In this document: positions 16,355-25,729 of the stretch, one piece after another | Layout of the letters: every line of letters starts with the position of its first letter | How positions within the stretch are numbered: position 1 is the first letter of the stretch | Source of the DNA: an uncultured Rickettsiales bacterium | GTDB lineage: Bacteria; Myxococcota_A; UBA796; UBA9615; CAYRNR01 | Reading direction: 5' to 3' | Length of the DNA: 64,000 nt | NCBI GenBank assembly: GCA_964639985.1 | Contig: CAZXHG010000013.1 | Coordinates: 1,597 to 65,596 of the forward strand | Notes under the pieces: model-generated | Told to the model about the DNA's origin: nothing | What the model saw: only the letters and a program-made list of their open reading frames with translations | Database searches by the model: none | Program-made: the position numbers and the translations under genes

Positions 16355-18565
16355 ATGCCCAGGTGGTGGTTCGCGCTGGCGGTGACGCTCGGTCTGACGC
16401 TCGCGTGTGGTTGCGATCCCGGGGACGACGACGACGACACGATCGCCCCTGACGACGACGACGACACCACCGCGTCCGACGACGACGACAGCGCCGACGA
16501 CGACGAGTACGACGATCCCTGCGAGCTGCCCGCGGCGTGGATCGATCTGCTGGGCGAGCCCGACCCCGAGGGCGACGCCGGAGGCTACCTGCTCGACATC
16601 GCCAGCTACTCCGCCGCGCTGGAGGGCACGCAGCTGGTGCTGCGCCTGGGCGGTCACGCACCGTTCTCCGGGTTCGATCCCATGCTCGAGATCGACATGT
16701 ACCTCGGTGATGGCACCACCACGTACACCCTCACCTGGGACAACCAGCGACCCAACCCGGGCCCCCTGCAGCTGTGGTCCGACAGCAACGACTGGACCGA
16801 GCCGCTGGCGTCGCCCGGGTCCCTGTGTGGCATGGGCGACGGCGAGGCCATGATCCTGGGCATCGACCTGGCCGACCTGGGCATGGCCGACGCGGGCGAG
16901 GTCGAGACCTGGGCTGGCGTCGACCTGTACAGCGGCTACCTGGACGAGGCGCCCGATGGGGCCTTCGAATTCGGGCTGCACGCGGTGATCGAGGTGACCG
17001 AAGAGCCCGACCTGGGCATCACCGCGGTGACCTTCGACGACTCGGCCCTGGGTGACGGTGACGGCGTCGTGGACCCCGGCGAGACGGTCTCGGTCACGGT
17101 ACAGCTGGAGAACTCGGGCAACGGGGCCACGGGCGCGGACGTCACCGGGGCGCTGGTCGCGCACGGCGCGGCCACGGCGGCTTTCGAGGTGGACACGCCC
17201 GCGATGGTGCTCGCCGACGGCGATCCGCTCGACGTGGGGGACAGCACGGACGCGACCTTCGACGTGTCCGTCGACGCTGCCGCCGTGGCGGGGCAGGTGC
17301 TGCGCTTCGAGCTGTCGGTGAGCGACGCGGACGGCAACGCCTGGACCCTGGACACCGGGTCGACCCCGGTCGGGTTGGTGCAGGTGCTGAGCGACGGCGT
17401 GGACCTGGCCGCTCCCTTCGACGCGTCGGCCGTGTTCTACGGCCTGGACGGCGAAGACCTGCTGGTGACGGTGGTCAGCCACTCGGACCACGAGGGCGAC
17501 CAGGAGGTCGACATGTTCCTCGACGTCGACCTCGATGGGGACTACGACCGCGCGGTGTCGACCATCGACACCGAGAGCGACACCTTCATCGGCGGCGTGT
17601 TCGTCTGGGACGGCGGCTGGGTGCAGACCTCCCAGCCCACCCGCTTCGAGTACGTTTCGGGCACGGACTTCGTGCTGATCGGCGTACCGGTCGTCGATCT
17701 GGGCAATCTCGTGCAGGCGCGAGCCTACGCCGTGGTCAAGGACGTGACCGAGGAGTACAGCGACTTCGTGCCCGACGATCCCGAAGAGACCCTCGACCTC
17801 GCCTTGCTGGAGGTGGCCGAAGCGCCGTTCCTGGTACTGGACGGGAGCGTCCCGGCGGAGGTCGCGGGCAACGGTGACCTGTACATCGACGCGGGCGAGC
17901 AGTGGAACGTGACCCTGTCGGTGAGCAACCTCGGCACGGCCGACGGCGCAGTGGTGACCGGAGAGTTGACGTCGCCGGTACCGGAGATCACGGTCACCGA
18001 CGGCGCGGTCTCGTTCGGTGCGGTGGCCATGGGGACCAGCGCGACCGGGGCGCCGGTGCCGCTGCTGACCATCGACGCGGGGGCGCCGGCCAGCGCGTCC
18101 TTCGATCTGGTCCTGGCGGTGGATGCGGACGGGCGCACGTTCGAGCTGCCCGTACGAGTGGCCCTGGGCATCCTGCCGGCCGACCTGGGTGTGGAGGCGC
18201 CCGTCGTACCCGCGCCGGCCACCCTCAGCGGGGACACCACCGACCTGGCGGACGACTACCAGAACCCCTCGGCGTGCACCAGCTACAGCGCCATCGGCCA
18301 CGACGGCGTGTACGCCGTGGAGCTGACGACCGGGCAGGTGCTGGACCTGGACCTGCGCTACGCGCAGGGCAGCGGGGTCGATGCGGTGCTGTACGTCAGT
18401 GACGACCCCACCTCACCCGACCTGCAGTGCCTCGCGGGCGCCGATGGCGAGACCGGGACCCACGAGGACCTGTCGTACACGGCCACCGCGGACGGCACGA
18501 TCTACGTGGTCGTGGACGCGTTCGTGGACTGGGGAGGGGAGTTCACCCTGGAGATCGGGTTCTGA
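16355..18565 (+). CDS. Large acidic lipoprotein with repeated Ig/CBM-like domains and a C-terminal PPC-like domain
   Basis: AGGAGG RBS; LACGC lipobox; poly-Asp linker; two GDG..DPGE/DAGE modules; C-terminal DGVYAV..DAVLY..YVVVD..GEFTL. Confidence 0.8.
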   Translation: MPRWWFALAVTLGLTLACGCDPGDDDDDTIAPDDDDDTTASDDDDSADDDEYDDPCELPAAWIDLLGEPDPEGDAGGYLLDIASYSAALEGTQLVLRLGGHAPFSGFDPMLEIDMYLGDGTTTYTLTWDNQRPNPGPLQLWSDSNDWTEPLASPGSLCGMGDGEAMILGIDLADLGMADAGEVETWAGVDLYSGYLDEAPDGAFEFGLHAVIEVTEEPDLGITAVTFDDSALGDGDGVVDPGETVSVTVQLENSGNGATGADVTGALVAHGAATAAFEVDTPAMVLADGDPLDVGDSTDATFDVSVDAAAVAGQVLRFELSVSDADGNAWTLDTGSTPVGLVQVLSDGVDLAAPFDASAVFYGLDGEDLLVTVVSHSDHEGDQEVDMFLDVDLDGDYDRAVSTIDTESDTFIGGVFVWDGGWVQTSQPTRFEYVSGTDFVLIGVPVVDLGNLVQARAYAVVKDVTEEYSDFVPDDPEETLDLALLEVAEAPFLVLDGSVPAEVAGNGDLYIDAGEQWNVTLSVSNLGTADGAVVTGELTSPVPEITVTDGAVSFGAVAMGTSATGAPVPLLTIDAGAPASASFDLVLAVDADGRTFELPVRVALGILPADLGVEAPVVPAPATLSGDTTDLADDYQNPSACTSYSAIGHDGVYAVELTTGQVLDLDLRYAQGSGVDAVLYVSDDPTSPDLQCLAGADGETGTHEDLSYTATADGTIYVVVDAFVDWGGEFTLEIGF

Positions 18566-18568
18566 TCC

Positions 18569-20023
18569 CTACCAGCGCAGCACCTGCTTGATCCGGTCCT
18601 TGGTGGACTGCGGCATCAGCTTGATCACCTCCTTGCGCCAGCGCGACGACTGTCCGAAGACGCCGTCGAAGCCGTCGTAGAGGGTGTGGCTGCCGTTGAT
18701 GCGGACCTTGTCCAGGGGCCGCAGGCCGGCCGCGACCTTGGGGTGCCTCACCATCAGGCGGAAGAACTTGTGGTAGTGGGCGACCACGCGCGCGTCGACC
18801 GAGGGCTGGTCCAGCACCGAGGTGTGCTCGAAGTAGGACTTCACCTTGCGGTCGGACAGCCAGCCCTTCTCCACGACCAGGTCGTGCAGGTCCGTGCCGG
18901 GGAACGGGTTGAACACCGAGCAGAACACCGTGTCGGGCAGCACCTTGCGGTTGAGCTCCACGGTCTTGCGGATCGACTCCTCGGTCTCGTAGGGCAGGCC
19001 CAGCATGTTGAATCCGAAGGTCAGCATGCCCGCCTCCTTGCACCAGCGGAAGGAGTCGATGATCTGCTCGTCGGTGACGTCCTTCTTGAGCACCGTGTTG
19101 CGGATCCAGGGATCGCCCGACTCGATGCCGATGTGGATCTCGAAGCAGCCCGCGTCGGACATGATGCGGGCCATCTCCACGTCCATGTGCGAGGCGCGGG
19201 TGTTGCACCACCACGGCACGCCGATGTCCTTGAGCACCTTGCACACGGACACGGCCCAGTCACGCTCCAGGGTGAAGGTGGGATCGTGGAAGCCGATACA
19301 CGGGGTGCCCTGGCGCAGCGGGAAGTCGCGGATGGTCTCTCGGATCTCCTGCTCCAGGTACTCGGGGCTCTTGAGGCGCACGTAGCCCTCGTCCCCGTGC
19401 AGGTTGCGCATCCACGAGTGGTGGAAGCAGTTGGTGCAGCCCACGGGGCAGCCCCGCTGACCGGTGAACTCCCAGTACGGCAGCTTGGTCAGCCAGCGCT
19501 GACCCTCGAAGAGGGTGCGGTCGGGGAACGGCAGCTTGTCCAGATCGTGCACATAAGGCGGTTCGGCGTTGCGGATGATCTCGCCGTCCTCGCCGCGGAA
19601 CCAGAACCCCTTGAGGTCCGAGTAGTCCTTGCCCTGCTCCATGCGCCTGACCAGCTGACGCAGACTGACTTCACCCTCGCCGCGGGCGATGCCGATGATG
19701 TCCGGACAGGCGATCGCCTCCTCCCCCTGGGTGGTGGGCCAGATGCCGCCGAAGATCACCTTCACGCCGTGGGCGCTGTTGAGGCGGGCGGCCATGCGCA
19801 TGGCCAGGTCGCACTGGGGATAGGTGACGTAGAACCCGGCGAGGTCGGGCTGGAACTCCCGCACGGCCTCGTCGAACTCGTCCTCGTGGTACTCGTAGTG
19901 TGCGTACAGCCGGGTCTCGTGGCCGTCCTTCTTGAGCACGGCCGACAGCGAGGCGATGCCCTGCTGGATGCCGAAGATGTCGAAGTTCGGCGGGGTCACC
20001 GGGTAGACGAACAGGAATCTCAT
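18569..20023 (-). CDS. Cobalamin-binding radical SAM protein (class B methyltransferase-like)
   Basis: N-terminal B12-binding domain (GIASLSAVLK, FGGIWPT, GEGE); RGCPVGCTNC; GIESG, FNMLGLPYET, PFPGT. Confidence 0.9.
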   Translation of the reverse strand: MRFLFVYPVTPPNFDIFGIQQGIASLSAVLKKDGHETRLYAHYEYHEDEFDEAVREFQPDLAGFYVTYPQCDLAMRMAARLNSAHGVKVIFGGIWPTTQGEEAIACPDIIGIARGEGEVSLRQLVRRMEQGKDYSDLKGFWFRGEDGEIIRNAEPPYVHDLDKLPFPDRTLFEGQRWLTKLPYWEFTGQRGCPVGCTNCFHHSWMRNLHGDEGYVRLKSPEYLEQEIRETIRDFPLRQGTPCIGFHDPTFTLERDWAVSVCKVLKDIGVPWWCNTRASHMDVEMARIMSDAGCFEIHIGIESGDPWIRNTVLKKDVTDEQIIDSFRWCKEAGMLTFGFNMLGLPYETEESIRKTVELNRKVLPDTVFCSVFNPFPGTDLHDLVVEKGWLSDRKVKSYFEHTSVLDQPSVDARVVAHYHKFFRLMVRHPKVAAGLRPLDKVRINGSHTLYDGFDGVFGQSSRWRKEVIKLMPQSTKDRIKQVLRW

Positions 20024-20061
20024 GGGGATATCGCTCCGTACCGCGCCGCGCGGTGGTGCTC

Positions 20062-20089
20062 ACCATAGCCGCAACGCGCCGCCTGTCAA
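20062..20089 (-). promoter_or_regulatory. Putative sigma70 promoter (TTGACA-16-TATGGT)
   Basis: -35 at 20089-20084, -10 at 20067-20062, about 40 nt upstream of the radical SAM start. Confidence 0.5.
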
Positions 20090-20151
20090 GCCACAGGCTC
20101 CACGCGTACTACTATGGATATCGGGGCGCGCACACGTGTGTGCGCGTGCCG

Positions 20152-22908
20152 TCAATCGCTCAGGGTGAACGCGAGGTACTCCCCGGGGGGGATCTGGAAG
20201 CGCCGCTGCAATGACTCGGCGTCGGCGGTCCAGGCCGCCTCGCCCGCGGCCTCGGCCGAGAATTCCAGCGAGCCCACCATGGTGGAGGACAGGACCCCGG
20301 TGTTGGACAGCACCAGCGCCCAGCTGCGGGTGCGGGGCAGCTCCACGGACAGCTCCCCGGTGGCCGCGTCCAGCAGCGACGTCTGGGCCTCGAACGGCTC
20401 GCCGTCCTTGAACAGGTCGTAGTTGGCCGCGTCCACCACGAACGCGTCGAGGTGGCCGCCCTCCTGCTCGAGGGACAGCTTGCCGGAGTAGGAACCGTCC
20501 GCCTCGATGCGGTGGCCCTCCACGTCGAAGGCGAGCTGCCAGCGCGCGTCCAGCGGCTCACCGTCGGTGAGGTCGGCTTCGGCCAGGTCCAGGTCCGCGG
20601 GCATGGCCCCGCCGATCGCCTGGGTCAGCAGGTAGGTCTCGTAGGGCTCGCTCATCTCCACGCCCTGATACAGGGAGTCCCCGCCGGGTTCGTTGCCGAT
20701 GGGCGACGCGACCGAGTACCCATAGGGGTTGTACTCCCCCACCGTGGACGAGGCGAACCCGTCGATGTCCGTGATCAGCTCCGCAGCCCAGGTCCACGCG
20801 TCCGGGTAGCCGTACACCGCCCACGTGCCATAGACGGTGACCACGGCGCCGTCCACGGGGCGGCCGTCCTCGTCGGTCACCTCGAACTCCAGGTAGGACG
20901 GGAGGGTCACGTACTCGTCGGTCATGGTCGTGCTGATGTAGGTGTCGCCGCGGCCGCCCGTCATGGCGTACAGGCGGTTGGTGGACAGGCCCGGGTCGGA
21001 GGCGTCGGGGTGGCGACCCGCGTCGAGGTCGTCGCAGTCGCCCGTCTCGAGGGTCCAGCCGTCGCCGTCCCGGTCGTGGCCGCGCAGCCCCTCGTCGGCC
21101 TGGCCGTCGCAGTTGTCGTCGATGCCGTTGGGCAGCTCGACCGCGTCGGGGTTCACGTCCGGGTTGGTGTCGTCGCAGTCGTGGAAGATGATCTCCACGC
21201 CGTCGCCGTCGTTGTCCTCCATGGACGTGCCGCTGTCGGCGTCGCCATCGCAGTCGTCGTCGACCAGGTTGTCCACCTCGGTGGCGCCGGGGTGGATCGT
21301 GTCCACCCAGTCGTTGCAGTCCCCGTCGGCGATGGTGTAGCCGTCCCCGTCCCTGTCCAGGTACGGGTCGAGGAAGCCCTCGTCGGCGGTGCCGTCGCAG
21401 TTGTCGTCCACTGCATTGCCGGTTTCGGCCGCGTCCGGGTGGCGGGCCGCGTCGTTGTCGTCGCAGTCACCGCCGGCGATGGTGTAGCCATCCCCGTCCG
21501 CGTCGGCCTCGTCGAGCCCGTCGTCGGCCGTTCCGTCGCAGTCGTCGTCCAGACCGTTGGTCGCCTCGGTGGCGCCCGGGTACACCGCGGCGTCCGTGTC
21601 GTCGCAGTCACCCGCGGACAGGGCCACGCCGTCACCGTCCGCGTCCAGGTCGGCCTCGGACATGCCCGGGTCGGCCACGCCGTCGCAGTCGTCGTCGTAG
21701 CCGTTGTGCAGCTCGGGAGCGCCCGGGTAGACGTCCGCGTCGTTGTCGTCGCAGTCGAAGGTGGCGGGTGAGTACCCGTCGCCGTCCACGTCGTCGGTGT
21801 CCAGCGCGTCGTCGGCGATGCCGTCGCAGTCGTCGTCCTCGCCGTCGCGGCTGATCCCGCCCTTGTAGTAGTTGAAGTAGTCCACGTGGGTCCCGATGGG
21901 CTCCCAGGCGACCCAGCGGTCGTCCCAGAACTCGTCCCAGGTGTGGTCGTTGGAGCGCGCGCCCACGTTGCGACAGGGGATCAGGGCGGTGCGCGCGGCG
22001 GCCGAGGTCAGGTCCGCGTGCTCGCCGCAGTTGCCGGCCCCCACCGTGTAGATGCGCACCGGCTGGATCGGCCGCTCGTCGCCCGCGCCGAAGTCGATGG
22101 TGTCCCAGACGAACTGGATGATCTCGCCGATGGCGCCGTTGTCCGTGCGGGTCTCGGCCTTGCTGTTCCACACCGTGTCGATGCCGTCGAAGTAGTCGGC
22201 CAGCAGGTAGCAGGTGTGGTCTCCGGGGCACTCGTCCGCGGCCGCGTCCCAGAGGAACTCGCGCCAGAACCAGCCGTTGTCCGGGCTCGTGCCGCTGGCG
22301 TTGACCCAGCCGTCGATGAACAGCGGGTACTCGTCCTCCAGGCGTGGGTGGACCACGTACCAGTAGTAGATGTCGCGGTCGATGGTCTTGTCCTCGACGG
22401 TGCCGTCCTCGTACCCGATGCGGTACGTGGCGGTCGTGTAGTAGTCTGGATCGATCCCCGGTTCACCCACGTCCTCGAGCTGCACGAAGTCCAGCAGCGG
22501 ATCGTAGGCATAGATCAGCTCGGCGTTCACGGTCAGCAGCTCGGGGTAGAACGTGTGGTACTCCAGCACCGAGCGGGACGTGTGGGCGATGGCGAATGCG
22601 ATCTCGTCGATCAGGTACACGTCCTCCGCGTCCACGATCAGCATGGCCAGGTCGTCCTGGTCCTCGTCGTTGAGCCGGTCGAAGGCGATGGCCAGATCGT
22701 CGGTCAGCCAGGTCGGCACCAGCTCGAGCGCCTCGTACGCCAGCTCGGTGAGGCCCAGGGGTTCGTGCACCACCTCCAGCAGGGGCGGGTCGACCGGGTC
22801 GCTGACCTCGGCGGTGGTGTCGTCGTCGTCGTCGATGTCCTCGGTGGTGGGGCAGGCGACGAGGGTGAGGGCGAACAGGCTACAGGCCAGGGCCAGCAGG
22901 TGTCTCAT
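20152..22908 (-). CDS. Lipoprotein with a transglutaminase-like core and MopE-type metal-binding repeats
   Basis: LTLVAC lipobox, poly-Asp linker, GNCGEHA...DHTWDEFW...WVAWEP, tandem DGDG..DCDD...PGA.E..NG.DDDCDG repeats; GGAG RBS before ATG 22908. Confidence 0.85.
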   Translation of the reverse strand: MRHLLALACSLFALTLVACPTTEDIDDDDDTTAEVSDPVDPPLLEVVHEPLGLTELAYEALELVPTWLTDDLAIAFDRLNDEDQDDLAMLIVDAEDVYLIDEIAFAIAHTSRSVLEYHTFYPELLTVNAELIYAYDPLLDFVQLEDVGEPGIDPDYYTTATYRIGYEDGTVEDKTIDRDIYYWYVVHPRLEDEYPLFIDGWVNASGTSPDNGWFWREFLWDAAADECPGDHTCYLLADYFDGIDTVWNSKAETRTDNGAIGEIIQFVWDTIDFGAGDERPIQPVRIYTVGAGNCGEHADLTSAAARTALIPCRNVGARSNDHTWDEFWDDRWVAWEPIGTHVDYFNYYKGGISRDGEDDDCDGIADDALDTDDVDGDGYSPATFDCDDNDADVYPGAPELHNGYDDDCDGVADPGMSEADLDADGDGVALSAGDCDDTDAAVYPGATEATNGLDDDCDGTADDGLDEADADGDGYTIAGGDCDDNDAARHPDAAETGNAVDDNCDGTADEGFLDPYLDRDGDGYTIADGDCNDWVDTIHPGATEVDNLVDDDCDGDADSGTSMEDNDGDGVEIIFHDCDDTNPDVNPDAVELPNGIDDNCDGQADEGLRGHDRDGDGWTLETGDCDDLDAGRHPDASDPGLSTNRLYAMTGGRGDTYISTTMTDEYVTLPSYLEFEVTDEDGRPVDGAVVTVYGTWAVYGYPDAWTWAAELITDIDGFASSTVGEYNPYGYSVASPIGNEPGGDSLYQGVEMSEPYETYLLTQAIGGAMPADLDLAEADLTDGEPLDARWQLAFDVEGHRIEADGSYSGKLSLEQEGGHLDAFVVDAANYDLFKDGEPFEAQTSLLDAATGELSVELPRTRSWALVLSNTGVLSSTMVGSLEFSAEAAGEAAWTADAESLQRRFQIPPGEYLAFTLSD
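20995..21850 (-). repeat. In-frame tandem coding repeats (six full plus two half units of about 45 aa)
   Basis: Recurring gccgtcgcagtcgtcgtc-type DNA corresponds to the DCDD/DDDCDG protein repeats. Confidence 0.85.
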
Positions 22909-23012
22909 GGCGGATCTCCGGTGGGTGCGTGGACATTGTCGCACGGAGGGGGCCGGGACTGGAGGGAAAGCCGAACGCTGCGGCCCATGCTGGAACATGG
23001 GCCCCGAGGGGA

Positions 23013-24089
23013 CTACGCGTCCTCGGCGATCTGGTACACGACTCGCAGCTGCGCGCTCTCGGGCGGCATGGTCTCGAACACGAAGTCGAGGCTGTTGGAC
23101 ACGCGGTTGTAGGTGTACGAGTACTGCTGCAGGTAGGTCTCGTCCTCGAAGATCTCGAACTCCTCCTCGGAGCCGTCCTCGCCGTCCGGGTCGAGCCACA
23201 CCGCCAGGGTGCCCTCGACCGGCACCAGGCTGAGGTGGAACTCGGTGCGCAGGCCTGCCGCCTCCAGCCCGAGCTGGGTCATCACCTCGGTCCAGTCCTG
23301 GGTGCAGATGCTGAAGTTGGTGGCGTGCTCGTCACCCAGGGCGGTGTAGACCTCGTAGTAGCCCCGCCCGGGGTCGGCCTGGCCCCACGAGCTGTTGCAG
23401 CCGCTGGGCTGGTCCCCGACGATGGCCGCGAAGTGGATCATGTCGATGGAGTGCGGGCCCTTGAGCGTGGTCAGCCAGGGGATGTACTCCATGTAGCTGA
23501 TCGCCTGGCAACCCGCCGTGCTGCCGTCCACCTCGTCGGACACGATCACGATCGACAACAGCGCGTCCTCCCGGTAGAAGCCGGCGTTGTAGCCGTCCAC
23601 CAGCGGCGGCGTCAGGGCGCGGTAGCTGGCCTCGAGGCCCACCTCGCACGAGCCCACGCCGTCCGAACCCATGGTCATGTTCGCGGTGAACGCACCGACC
23701 GGGTCGGGCGTGCTCGGCTCGATGTACCGGGTGGTGCCGTACAGCTGGCCGATCGGCGGCTGGCTCTGCCAGTCGTCGAGCACGGTGACGCCGATGTGGT
23801 AGTCGAGGCCGGAGTCGACGAAGAACTGGATGAAGTTCCAGAAGTTCGTCATCAGTGCCTGCTGCTCCTCCTGCATGGAGCAGGAGTTGTCGACCACGAA
23901 CAGGATGTCGCTGGCCTCGGCCGTGCGCTGGATGAAGATGTCCTCCTGCATGGTCTCGCCGAGCTGTTCGGGCTGCTCGGCAGGCCGCCAGTCCCCTGGT
24001 CCGATCATGTTGTAGTCCTGGCAGCCGATGCCCAGCAGGCAGCCGGTGGCCACGGCGAGGAAGACGCCGAATCGAATCATGCGAGCCAT
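23013..24089 (-). CDS. vWA-like domain lipoprotein
   Basis: LLGIGC lipobox; SDILFVVDNSCSMQEEQ, EVGLEA, IVSDEVD; GAGGAG RBS; paralog of 8958-9914. Confidence 0.75.
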   Translation of the reverse strand: MARMIRFGVFLAVATGCLLGIGCQDYNMIGPGDWRPAEQPEQLGETMQEDIFIQRTAEASDILFVVDNSCSMQEEQQALMTNFWNFIQFFVDSGLDYHIGVTVLDDWQSQPPIGQLYGTTRYIEPSTPDPVGAFTANMTMGSDGVGSCEVGLEASYRALTPPLVDGYNAGFYREDALLSIVIVSDEVDGSTAGCQAISYMEYIPWLTTLKGPHSIDMIHFAAIVGDQPSGCNSSWGQADPGRGYYEVYTALGDEHATNFSICTQDWTEVMTQLGLEAAGLRTEFHLSLVPVEGTLAVWLDPDGEDGSEEEFEIFEDETYLQQYSYTYNRVSNSLDFVFETMPPESAQLRVVYQIAEDA

Positions 24090-24316
24090 GTCGCTCACTC
24101 CTCGTTGTCCGGGGGGGTTCCCCGGGTCAGGCCCCTTGCAAGCCCGGTGCCGCTGCGGCGGGCACACGCCGGCCACGGTCTACGGGCACGCCACAATCTA
24201 CCCGTGCGTGCGCGTACCGTTCAAGCACAAACCGGGCTGGCGGCGCCCCGTTCCCCATCGGCTTCATCGAGCAGCGGTGGTCTTGACGATGAGCGCGGGA
24301 GGCGTAAGGTTGCGGC

Positions 24317-25729
24317 ATGCGAGCGCTGAGACTGTACAACACCGCCGAGCGGCGGGTCGTGACGTTCCAAACCCAGGTCGACGGGCGGGTCAGCTACTAC
24401 TCCTGCGGTCCCACCGTGTACGGGTACGCCCACCTGGGCAACCTGCGCACGTATGTCTTCACCGATGTGCTGCGGCGGCTGCTGGAGTACGACGGCCACG
24501 ACGTCTCCCACGTGATGAACATCACCGACGTGGGACACATGACCACGGACGAGGACGAGGGCGAGGACAAGATGGAGGCGTCGGCCCGTGAGAAGGGCAT
24601 GACGCCGTGGGAGGTGGCCGCGTTCTACACCGAGGCCTTCCTCGCGGACATGGACCGGCTCAACCTGCTGCGGCCGCACATCATGCCCAGGGCCACCGAG
24701 CACATCGAGCTGATGATCGAGCTCGTGCAGCAACTCGAAGACAACGGCTTCGCCTACGTGACCGACAGCGCGGTGTACTTCGATACCGCCCGGTTCCGCA
24801 CGTACGGCGCCATGGCCGGCCTCAACCTGCGCGGACAGGTGGCGGGTGCGCGCGTCGAGATCCATCCGGACAAGCGCAACCCCACGGACTTCGCCCTGTG
24901 GAAGGTCGATCAGCCCAACCACATCATGCAGTGGGACTCCCCCTGGGGTCGCGGCTACCCCGGCTGGCACCTGGAGTGCTCGGCCATGTCCATGCACTAC
25001 CTCGGCCAGACCCTGGACCTGCACTCCGGCGGCATCGACCACATCCCCGTGCACCACACCAACGAGATCGCCCAGAGCGAGGGGGCGACCGGCAAGCCGT
25101 TCGTCAACCACTGGGCGCACGCGGCATTCCTCACCATCCCGGCCGAGGGGGGCGAGGAGAAGCGCATGGGCAAGTCGCTGGGCAACGTGTCCACGCTCAG
25201 CGGCCTGGTGGACCAGCGCATCAACCCGCTGGCGTGGCGTGTGTTCTGCTACGGCGCCAAGTATCGACAGCCGCTGACCTTCGACCTCAAGGCCGTGCGT
25301 GCGGCTGGCAAGGCGCTGCAGGGGCTGTACGGATTCGTTCGCTACGCGCCGCCCGAGGCGGACGAGGGGACCGAGCCCTGGGCCGAGCCGTACCGCGACA
25401 GGTTCCTCGACGCGGTGCACGACGACCTCAACATGCCGGTGGCGTGGGCCGTCGTGCTGGAGCTCGTGCGCGAGGCCAACCGGCGGGGCGAGCCGCGCAT
25501 CCTGCAGCTCCTGTTCGACCTCGACCGCGTGTTCGGGCTGCGGCTGGCCGAGGTCCGCGCCGAGGAGGTCGACATCCCGGCGGACGTGCGTGACGCCGTG
25601 GCGCGGCGCGAGCAGGCGAGGGAGGCCCGGGACTGGCCAACGGCCGACGCGATTCGCGACGAACTCGGCGTGGCTGGCTGGATCCTGGAGGACACCCCGC
25701 AGGGGATCCGGGTCAGGCAGAAGGAGTAG
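24317..25729 (+). CDS. cysS: Cysteine--tRNA ligase
   Basis: CGPTVY, HLGN (HIGH), DFALWK, WDSPWGRGYPGWHLECSAM, GGIDH..HHTNE, KRMGKSLGN. Confidence 0.98.
   Translation: MRALRLYNTAERRVVTFQTQVDGRVSYYSCGPTVYGYAHLGNLRTYVFTDVLRRLLEYDGHDVSHVMNITDVGHMTTDEDEGEDKMEASAREKGMTPWEVAAFYTEAFLADMDRLNLLRPHIMPRATEHIELMIELVQQLEDNGFAYVTDSAVYFDTARFRTYGAMAGLNLRGQVAGARVEIHPDKRNPTDFALWKVDQPNHIMQWDSPWGRGYPGWHLECSAMSMHYLGQTLDLHSGGIDHIPVHHTNEIAQSEGATGKPFVNHWAHAAFLTIPAEGGEEKRMGKSLGNVSTLSGLVDQRINPLAWRVFCYGAKYRQPLTFDLKAVRAAGKALQGLYGFVRYAPPEADEGTEPWAEPYRDRFLDAVHDDLNMPVAWAVVLELVREANRRGEPRILQLLFDLDRVFGLRLAEVRAEEVDIPADVRDAVARREQAREARDWPTADAIRDELGVAGWILEDTPQGIRVRQKE

Noticed and set aside
18569-20023. B12 radical SAM gene as part of a natural-product cluster
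   Set aside because: No precursor peptide, transporter or other tailoring genes are adjacent; it has its own promoter and appears stand-alone.
20995-21850. Regularly spaced DNA repeats resembling a CRISPR array
   Set aside because: The repeats are degenerate at third codon positions, in frame within a protein, and there are no cas genes.
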